From Priapulus caudatus (lineage: Eukaryota), in NCBI RefSeq assembly GCF_000485595.1, contig NW_014577069.1:65699-129698 (forward strand): 64,000 bases of DNA, read 5' to 3'. Under the pieces are notes generated by a model. The model worked only from the letters and a program-made list of their open reading frames with translations. It did not search any database and was not told the origin of the DNA. Within the stretch, counting starts at the first letter, position 1, and each line of letters begins with the position of its first letter. This document shows, in pieces, positions 53,870-64,000 of the stretch. The position numbers and the translations under genes are program-made.

Positions 53870-56800
53870 ATGAAGATGGATCAAAAGCATCCTGACCAAG
53901 AGGACAAGGTGGACGTGGACCAGCAGGAAGATGTCATCTACAGTCCAGATGATGTTATTGAAGTGATCGACCTTGATGATGGATCAAACGCAGGTAGTAA
54001 AGCACATTTTAAGTGATATCCCATGCTCAGGGATGGGAATCTTCCGCGGATCCGCGGAAATCCGCGGATTTCACAGTCCCAGGGTCGATTTTGTGAAACG
54101 TCTAAATCCGTTGAGAAAATTTTAGGGGGGGTTAGAATGTACACATTTTCATTTTACAGTCCAACAGTACCAGTACCTTCATTTAATAACATTGTAATAT
54201 ACAGCAGGCTGTAACATTGTAATCCCATTATGCAATGATGGCATATATTTGCAAGCGCCAGCATAAATGTGATGTGTATTATACATTGTATCAAGCGAAC
54301 CAGACAATGCGTCTAGACAATAGGCCTGTCTGCAGTGTAAGTACTGTGGAGGCGTATGTAAAATGATGAAGACCTTGTATACCACTGCTTGAGTGTGCAA
54401 AATAAATCGAAACGGAATTCATTTCGAGCAGTGTTTTCATGCATTTGACCACTAAATATGGTGAGATTAATTGAGAAGGCGTACACATCTACCATAGCAG
54501 AGATCGACAAAGATGTGAGGAACAAGTTTCGCTGGGCTTGGTTAGAAAAATCTGTCACACTGAGTGTCAAAATCGGGAAGAAAACTGAAGAGGTGACAGA
54601 GCGGTTGAACGACTATGTCGGAAAGTGCGATGTAGCTGGCAAGGCACAGTGTTTGTATTGCAGTGAATTTGAAACTGCCTGGACAATGAGCATCTTATAT
54701 TATATAAAGGTTAGCCTTTGGGACAGTGTGGATCGAAGTGTACATTAAGATAATTTTGTTTGCAGAAGGTAAGTAAATTTTTGTATTGATTATTAATTCT
54801 GGTGTTATGATAATGACAGTGCAAGATATGCTCCCTGCAGTGTACTGTAATATGCTCTGTAACAATACTGTTCTGTATGTGTCTCCTAATGCAATTTTAT
54901 GCCTTGTAAGTTGTGCAAATTCAAAAACTTCCTGAAACCCCTGACCAGGCTTCTCCCTGGACCTGACCGCCCCCCGCTACCCTCCCCGCACCCTGGACCC
55001 CGGCTATTTTCAGCTGAAAACACAAATTGTCATTCCCATCCCTGCACGCTGTAAAGTATAGACTGTTAATTAAGTCTTATCAGTTTTCCATGCTTATTAT
55101 TTGTTTTAATAATTAAACGTAGAATGTAGCTATATGTCCATGTGATTGCGTTCGTATATAGTGTGATTATAGTATGTAATGATTATATATTTCTTATTTG
55201 CTGAATGGTTATTGTTTGTGATAGAACATATATGTATTTTATTGATGTATTTGGTTATTCTGGGATATATTGTAGCAATGTAATGCGTGATACAGGGTAA
55301 TGATAAAAGTTTTGCTGTTATCATTCACCTCAGATGTTCTCTCAAGCGAAATGGCTGATGTCGACATTGAAGAGAGCTATGATGCCGATATTGATGATGT
55401 AGATGGCGCCATGGGTGGTGATGATGAGGAATCCATGGAAGACCTAACAGACGACAGTGATTTGGTCCTTAGAAAACATCAGAGTATGATTACATGAAAT
55501 TTAATCTGATAATATGGTTGACATTGATATTTAAAAAATATGCTTTGCATCGTTTGAATACGTGCTACCTTACATACATGTTATAATTCTAATAGAACAG
55601 TTATTAAATACTATATGCTTATATGATATTATATTGAGCGTATTCAGCTATAACCATCATAAAACCAACATCATTTCAAAGCAACATTTACCATTTTTCA
55701 GATTCATTAATCATTTTACTCTTTCAGGCAATGTATTTTCTGTGAGTATTGATCCAGCCACTGGTACCTTGGGAGTCACTGGTGGTGAAGATGACAAAGC
55801 CTACCTTTGGAATTTAGTTGAAGGAACTGTAATGTTTGAGTGTACAGGTATGTTTATGTGGGAATTACAGTGTAAAATTTAAAATATTTAATATGTGTAA
55901 ATACCCCCTGAATTCAATACATTATGTATACAGGGTTTCGTCCAGGAATTTTAAAGGGCATGTTGCGTAATCGGGCAGTTCATCCATTATTGCTAATTAG
56001 ACTCAATTACGCGTGTTGACGTCAGTTTGGAGTCGTATACATCAAGCTATGAAAATTGAATGACTGGTGGGATGTGTATACAATATGTCAAAACAGGTAA
56101 AGCAGGCAGCACACTTCACCATTTTCGTTGCTCGTACAGGCAATTTTCATGGTCGCCACAAAAATGGCCAAGTGTGCGGGGGCCGGCAACGACCACTCAC
56201 CACGGAAATTTAGTGTTGACCACGAGTTGCCGAGAATCAAACCGGTTTGATTTCTCACCACGAAAATTGCTCGTGGCGGCAACTTGTGGTGAAGTGTGCG
56301 CCAAGCCACCACGGCAATCGGCAACAAAATCACTCTCAGACCAATCAAAATTAGCGCTGCCGTCACATGATTTCAAAATAGCGGGCCCAATTTTATCGAC
56401 TTGGACGACCGAGTTAGAAGCAGAATTAATAGATTTATGGAGTGAGAGGCTTTGTCTTTTTGACATCAAAGCTCCCGAATACAGCGACAGAGTACTCAAG
56501 GCGATGGCCATAAATGAAGTGTCCCAACTTCTTGGACAACCAGGTAGTATAACAGGTGTTAGGCAGGCACCAACTGTTCGTAGGCCTGGCTAGTGCATTT
56601 GCTTCGCAGAATCACGCACATAAATGCTATATGCATCGTTATCATTTGTGTACAATAGGATTAGTGTAACAGGGCGATTGTTTCTTGTCTATGCCAACCC
56701 AAGACTCGCATTGAAAACGCTCTTAATTAGGTTAAAAAGGTGTAAAAGGTATTTGATAACTGTATATGAATGGGTTAAAGCTACAACATCTGGCAACAAA

Positions 56801-59800
56801 AATTGCCGTCAACAGCACACGTCACCATTAAGTGGTGACGTGTGCTGTGACACGGCAAAGGCCACAAAAATTGCCGACCACGAAAATTGCCTGTACGAGC
56901 AACGAAACGAAAATGGTGAAGTGTGCTGCCTGCTTTAGATGAGGTGAAACACCAGCTGATTTCATTCAATGGTAACATATGTTGTCTGTGACTTTTGAAC
57001 CTAATTATCTGTGTCTGTGTGTGTACATGAGTAGTTATATGCGTATAATGTGCCTTTATATTATAACTGGGCAATCCACTTTTACCACTAATTTTTTTGT
57101 AGTGTTATTGAGGAGTTAACATATCTGCCAATATTTTTTTTACACATAATAGGTGATTTTATTGCATGATTCACAGGCCACAAAGACTCAGTAACCTGTG
57201 TTGGCTTTAATCATGACTCAACCATGGTTGCAACTGGTGACATGTCTGGTCTGATTAATGTTTGGCGAGTTCAAGATGGGTCTAGCATTTGGTCATTCGA
57301 AGCATCAGATCTGGAAGTAAGTGAAATTTGGCTTCATGGTTGTATGTATCTCGATTGACTCTATCAAGTGAAAAACATCTAGACTTATGATATATAACAA
57401 CAATGTAACTTTTGTTGAAACATGATTGATATTAGGGAAGGGGGCATAACCTGATACAACATAATTAATATCTGATTATTGAGGTAAAGAAAATTTCCTG
57501 CATTTTGCTAATTATAATCTTTATGTAATCATTTCTGTAGTGGATGGAGTGGCACCATAGTGCACCAGTGCTGCTTGCAGGAACAAGTGATGGTATGACC
57601 TGGATGTGGAAGGTGCCAAGCGGTGAACTAAAGACCTTCCAGGGCCCCAGCTGCCAAGCTACCTGTGGCCAGTGGTTGCCTGATGGTAGGTATAAATTCT
57701 AATGAGTCTAACGAGTGTTAATGTGTGCACTTGTCTACACGCATCATCAAACATGATTCTTTTTGTTGTGTACATCCACACACTTATACATTGCGAGTGA
57801 TGTGGCGACTTTTCCTGTTTTAATAGTGTGTTGTGAAGAATTAATGAAGTCATTTGTTCTAGGAAAACGAGCATGTGTTGGATACGATGATGGAGTAGTG
57901 AAGATTTGGGACTTGAAGACTGGTGCCGGACAGTTTACCCTGTCAGGTATGTTCTTTGGTTTTCCTTTCCGCTTTACAAAGCCATATTTTCATGTAATGT
58001 ACTGATTCTATGTCCTATTTCATGACCACAATTCACGTCACTCTACTCATTGTGAAATAATTTGATGTTGTTAATAATGTCAACATGAACAGGTGTATAA
58101 AATGAACATACCTCAGCACAATGTTGTTAGATGCTGGACACTTAATGACAAACTCGGAATAAATGGGAAGTATCAACAGCGAGTAGTGTACATATGTTTT
58201 ACAAACTTTATTGTAATTCTCATTATCACTGCAGTCACGATTGTTGCCTTTGTGATCGTCGCTGTCACCACAATCATTTTCATTGGCAACAACAGCAGTA
58301 TTAATAAATGGCTTCTAGGCGAAACTAATCTCGCGTCCCCTCTTATCAAATAACTCGTACGTAACTGGCTAGTAAATTCCTTAACAGAAGAAATTGATTG
58401 CTAATTCCTCTAGATGGTGATGCACACAAGAGCTCTGTGACATGTTTAGACTGTCACCACGACAACACCCTGATTGCTACTGGCTCAACGGATGTAACCT
58501 GCAGGTTAATAAACAGCCACAATGGTAAGGTACTCGGTATCATTGACGCTGGAGACCAACAGCAGGAAGGCGCAAATGCCGAGGACTCGATCGAATCCGT
58601 CGCATTCTCTCCGAGGTACGTCTGCCATTAATTATACATGGGAATGTCCCCCATCTAGTATCTTTGAAGGAGGTCGATAAATATTCAAGGCCGGTGGTTT
58701 ATCTGTTAGATGTTTGCAACATGAACGATCACATTTGCAGGGTCTCCAACCATTCCTCATTCTGCGGAATCATTACGATTTCTAGGCTTAATTTCCACAT
58801 TCCGCAGCGGCAAGGTTATATTCCTCATTTCAGTTGCACTGTGCAAAATTTGCACTGATTGTTCGCTTGGACACATTGTTTTTTTCCAGCTGGTGCCTGA
58901 GCACTGGCCACGCGCTGGTGCAGTGGAGATGCAGCAAGTTTATTAATAGCCTTCACTGCCCAAGTCGTTTTCTGGAAATACACACTCATAGTGCTCTCTG
59001 CCATTACCTTAGCTTTGCACCCCCCCCCCTCCCTACCATCGCTCAGTGTTATGATGTGTTTCTATGCATTTTGTATCTGGCATGTCTACGGTAAATGGAA
59101 CAGCCTAGTCAGACAGGCACTGTCTGCAAGGTGTCGCGTAGTTTGTCTGCTAATCAGATTAACACGTGGGGAGAATTCAATGGCGTCCACATTGCCGGCC
59201 AAAAAACCCCGACTTTTACAGAAATTCAGGAACGAATATACACAAATGTGTCCTATACTTGTGAAGTCAAAACTTAGTGTTAATCATGGCTATTGCATGG
59301 TATGCAAGACAGACTTTCAAGTGGGGCACGGAGGAATGAAAAGTGTTTTGAATCCTAACTTGTAGGGTTGAGTCTAGGGTTGAGATAGGGTCATCAGACA
59401 TGAGAATATGGCCCACAGTATGCCGCAGATTGCAGGAAAATGGCTTAAATATTTCAACATTTTCTGGGGGGGGGGCATGCCCCCAGACCCCCAGACCCCC
59501 TAGCACTGGCATGCCTGCAGCACGCGGGCCTGCCTGCGGCAGCCAAGGTACATTTCGCCCTCCCCCCTGTCCATCAATTTCTGAATACGCCACTATAGTA
59601 ATTAGTTACTCATCACTGCCAGAAACACTCCGCATTTGGAGTTCATAGGGTTGGAGACCCTGCATTTGCGTGGTGACTTTGGCAACAGTGATTGCTATCA
59701 ACAGACAACTTGCTGTCCTATCATTTTGCATCATTTTGCGAGGTTATGGATATTGCAGGGGTAGTGGTTGGGACTCCTTATTTTGCTGATTGAATTCAGT

Positions 59801-61681
59801 GATTCGAATTCTCGTTATATGTTGTGTAACCTTGATAGTTATATGTAACACCTATGCATGACATTACAGTGAAGGTATGTCATCAAAAGATAGGTTGCAT
59901 GAAGCATGAATGGCAGTCACCAAAGTCACAAATTAAAAATAACAAGAGTCTTATTGTTGTATGGATAAATGCTATAAATGGCTGAACTCTGTTAAAAAGT
60001 GAATTACTTGGGTTGGGGGGGGGGCAGCTAAACGTGTTAGTGCGAGCCAAAATATTGTTTGGTGTAATTAAAGGCAAAAGGGGCGAATGATCATGAACAA
60101 AAGTGTACTTTGATCCTGTGTGTTGAGTGAAGGCGATACACCATGTGCTCCCAGAGAGTGTGTCCGATACAACAAGCCACCCTTGCAGGGTTTAAGTCTT
60201 ATGCAGTGCTTGAGCTACTCTTAATTAAAGGTAATACACTTGGTCTATCACCCTCACTCCACATAGATTCCCAGATTTTACGTGTCTATTCTCTATCATG
60301 AAATGTGTTGCTTATTATAATTTAGCTAAGCGTTGCTGTCCTGGAATTTTTCAGTCTTCAGCTTTTGGCAACAGGCAGCCTAAATGGAATGCTTGGAATA
60401 TGGGATGTTCCAACCCAAGTGCTACGACATAACTGCAAACAGGTAAAAGTTGTAGATTGCTGCATTCATACCTTGCTCCTATTTCTGAAATCATCAGTGC
60501 ACTTATACTCCCTGTCCGTGGCTGTGACACAAAAGCACACAGCACTCTTCTTCTTCTCTAGACAATCCGGCAGTGGTGTACCTCAGTCAACTCCACTGCT
60601 CTCATACATTGTATGTGAACTTGTTGGCTGCTTAAATTTCCCCTGCTTGGAAGGATTTTTGAGTTATGAGCCAAGCAAAAAAACGCATAGTTAATAAGCT
60701 CTATTTTAAATAATGTTTCTTATTCTGTTACAACAAGCTTGTGTAAATGATATTTTCAGGTGTAACGTAATAGACAGATTATCTGTCCATTATTTCTGTC
60801 TGGGTGGTATGATATTTGCAGCTCGTAATTATCATTAGCCTGTTTAATAGGGTTAACTTATTTAACAGAACTGAGCTGTACAAGAAATTGCGTTCAACAT
60901 CCAGTAACATGGCTGCCATGTAATGTGATTGTGATATTTTTATTTGATTGGAGTGATGTTTTGGCAGTGTAGTGGAGACATCATTTGGTTTTAATTGGTT
61001 AACTTGTATTCTATTTCTTGCATACCAAACGTGTGTTTGTGTTCCTTGTAGACAGGGATTGTGAAACTGAAATGGGATCCAACTGGGCCACTTGTTTACA
61101 CTGTTAGTCTTGATGGCTTGATTCGATTATGGGATGGAAGGAGCGGAAACCTGGCATCGCACTGGTCTGGACACCATGCTGAAATATTGGATTTTGACGT
61201 TAGCCGGTATGTATCAATCTATTATAATAATAATAATAATATCTTATTAATGTAATATGAATGAGCACTTTAGGTCAATAATCAAACATTATGATATCTT
61301 TTTTTAAATTATTAGCTCTCGAATAAATCGAAATATAATGTAGACGATTTAGGCATCATCATGTAACTGCGTCAACAAGAAGTCAACAAGGAAGTTTCAA
61401 TCATTGCATTTTGTGTGTGAAAGTAACGAGTGTTTTAAGACACTTTAGCCTCATTTTAGGCACTCACTGTTATGCAAGCAATAGACCAGTCAGTATTGTA
61501 TTGGTCAGAAAAGTTTGCGAATGCTCGGAAAGCCTTTTTTAAATTATCAATTTAAATGGATCACTTGACATTAAAATGTTGCCATTCGTTTTGATGTCTT
61601 TTCAGAGATGGCAGCACTTTAGTCACGGCATCTGGGGATGGCTCCACCCGTGTCTTCCACATGCACCGGCCTGACAGATAA
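53870..61681 (+). CDS. AAMP: Angio-associated migratory cell protein (WD40, Sqt1-like uL16 chaperone), 427 aa
   Basis: Exons 53870-53993, 55334-55483, 55728-55847, 57177-57316, 57541-57685, 57863-57946, 58414-58615, 60355-60442, 61052-61206, 61606-61681 in frame; acidic N-terminus, [57 protein letters not shown], end [10 protein letters not shown]. Confidence 0.95.
54028..55044 (+). mobile_element. hAT-like deletion derivative, 6-bp TSD, with transposase N-terminal remnant (54458 to about 54670)
   Basis: catgct|CAGGGATGGGAAT ... ATTCCCATCCCTG|cacgct; [36 protein letters not shown] resembles the start of a BED-type zinc finger. Confidence 0.75.
56101..56934 (+). mobile_element. PIF/Harbinger-like non-autonomous element carrying a MADF/Myb-SANT exon
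   Basis: TAA|AGCAGGCAGCACACTTCACCATTTTCGTT ... AAATGGTGAAGTGTGCTGCCTGCT|TTA; internal [45 protein letters not shown] (56400-56545). Confidence 0.8.
58738..59662 (+). mobile_element. hAT-like deletion derivative, perfect 6-bp TSD, with zinc-finger remnant (59180 to about 59345)
   Basis: catttg|CAGGGTCTCCAACC ... GGTTGGAGACCCTG|catttg; [47 protein letters not shown]. Confidence 0.85.
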
Positions 61682-64000
61682 TAACTACAGCTTCTAGCAA
61701 TCACCTTGATGGCCAAATCTCATTTGGCTTTATAGAAGGTGGTGCTTGGACTGATACATTCACATAGACATATAATATATTAGCTTTTCCTTAAGAATCT
61801 GACAGTGGATAAAGTGGAGGCAGGCTGTCTCAGAGATCCTTGTTGTGTATAATTGCCATTGTGTTTTAGAAGTAGCATTTGCACACGTTGTGTTTGGCAT
61901 TGAAAACACTATACTGCTGAAACACTTCAGATTAAACGTTGAACCAGTTCTACTCAATAAGTTTTTTGATGTCATAAATGATTACTCATAATTTTAATGA
62001 TTCAAACATATTGCATTGTTGAATTTGCATGGGGCAGTATGTTATTTCAGTTACCACTCAAATTTCTTTCCTATACATTAGGAATATCAGTATCACGATG
62101 TCCTTATCTTTGTAAGTCTCTCTAAATGCGCTGGTTTGGCACCCAGGTTGTGTGGCCAGAAATGTTGATGAATAATGGGATAAAATAAACTGCTCATTGC
62201 TTGTTGCTGAAACCCTTTAGTGTGAAAGGTGCCATCGTTTCACTAACAAACGCAATGTCATTTGAAAGGCGAATGTTACTAAGGAGTGTAATTTCCATAA
62301 GGTGAGCATTTGATGCAAAACTCGTTGAGCTAATGAATGGAATAAGCCTGCTGGCCAGTGCAAAAGCTCTGTTTTTGTATGAATGTCTCCACGTAATATT
62401 AAACTTGCCAGCTAACGCCTCGCATCTAAACGATTTGATGGTTGATATATAATATCCCTCGCCGAGCCCTGCATGTGTACAATACTGGTTGCCTGTTATT
62501 GTTGGTATATTTGAATAAATGAAGTGAATTCTATATTGCAGTGAAAATACAAACAAGTATAACGTGCGTCAAACGATTTGTCTTAAATACGAAGATGTTT
62601 TTTCGTTTTTTCCTGATAGTACAGTTGCTCTTTGTAGAGCCAAGAGACGTTAGCATTTAGTGTATTCATTTTAACCCGAATATACATTAAATCGCATCCA
62701 AATGTGTGGATTGTAGACGTCTATATGACTATACATCATAGGTGATGTTGGTTCTATGTTAATGGGCTTGCACCGTTATCGGCAACAGTGTTAGAAACTA
62801 GTACGCGAATGATTTAAAGTTTGTTAAACGTTCTATTGACATTTTGTCTGAGACATTTAGCAGTTAGTTTCAACAGCTTAATTGGTCGAGCGTCGCACCT
62901 ATCAGAAACATGCCATTATATTTAGCTATGACAATAACTCTAATATAAAACATTGTTTAATAAGCTATCATAATATCATAAGCTGCACTGCGTCGATAAT
63001 AATTTACAGTATCTGCACCAATCGGGGTGCACTAGACGGCAAGCAATTTTACACTCGTGTCCTCTCTATTCCAAACTGCTTAGCCATGGGGCCGGTACAC
63101 ACTCATTGGCGCTGGCTACGCGCGTATTCTCTATTCATGTTATAGATGTATATTCTTTACACTGCTGAACTTCCGCAATTTCCCATAAAAATGCAGACTA
63201 CTATTCGCAGTATTAAATGGCCTTCGTTCATCGCTGTGCGGGCGAGCGGCTACGTTAAACATTCACGCATATCAGAATTCAAACTGGCCGTTTAACAGCA
63301 TTTTCATTGGAATATTTTAAAGCTGCTATACAACATATATCTGCTTAAGCTTTTTTTTTAAATAATACACGGTCACAGTAGCGGATAAAACTGTTAAATA
63401 CGTAATGTGGACATCACATTACGTGGACGTTGTCTCGTAACAGTCTCACCGTATGTGGGTGGTTGATTAATAATAGTTAACCACCATGAATCTTTGCTGA
63501 ACCTTGTAAATTTGCAGAAACAAAGCTGACCGTGCCTACGGAACAAATTCTAACGGAGCAGAACTATTTCTAATTTAATTTAAATGGTCTCATCACAACG
63601 TGTGCTAGTAGCGATTGGCGCGTTGCTTCTTTCTTGCACACTTCGTGGCGCCCTGGATTCTCCTGGAACCATTTTGGGTTTGTTCCATTCGTAGAGGTTA
63701 TGGTGAGGAGTGCACGTTTTTAAGGTCAAGATCTTGAGCCACCGATCATGAATTCTCTTTACAGCATTTTTTAAATATTTAATCTACACGTTATCGGCCT
63801 CTACAATATTTACCCCCCCCCCTAAAGTACAGCGTTATCCCGTCCCCCCTACTTGAGCATGACTTTCAAAATGTAGGCCGTTGACAACTTTGCACTCGTA
63901 TATACAAGATAGGTGCCGCCACCAGTTGAAAATGCCTCCCAGTCGGTACTCGCTGTCGTCTCTAACGAATGTACCTGCAACACAATTTCGAGTTTTTAGA

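Noticed and set aside
62860..64000. CpG-richer stretch that might be the next promoter or gene
   Set aside because: No exon or recognisable protein could be assembled; partly small inverted-repeat sequence.

Overview
Intron-rich, AT-rich eukaryotic (invertebrate animal, probably lophotrochozoan; inference only) genomic DNA with two assembly gaps. By hand-splicing GT-AG exons I recover five conserved housekeeping genes: ERP44 (+, signal-peptide exon not found in the window), SMNDC1/SPF30 (-, intronless CDS), SEC61B (+, 98 aa), mitochondrial GPD2 (-, 15 coding exons, 724 aa) and AAMP (+, 10 coding exons, 427 aa). They are arranged as tail-to-tail and head-to-head pairs. Introns are packed with non-autonomous DNA transposons (CAGGG-ended hAT-like elements with 5/6-bp TSDs, TTAA Kolobok-like, Harbinger-like with MADF remnants, Mutator-like, foldback palindromes, Helentron/DINE-like), LINE fragments, a probable solo LTR and mini/microsatellites. 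Best observations: (1) ERP44 has two intact, anciently duplicated, mutually exclusive last exons, each encoding a complete regulatory C-tail ending RDEL; (2) GPD2 appears to have extra alternative last exons after its second EF-hand; (3) two unrelated TAG...CTA foldback elements sit in tandem separated and flanked by three copies of the same 9-bp target (GTACTCTGC), an array-like repeated insertion at one site; (4) tandem duplications that copy exon ends together with 5' splice sites in ERP44 and GPD2. Most ORF-track entries are microsatellite, antisense or gap artefacts.
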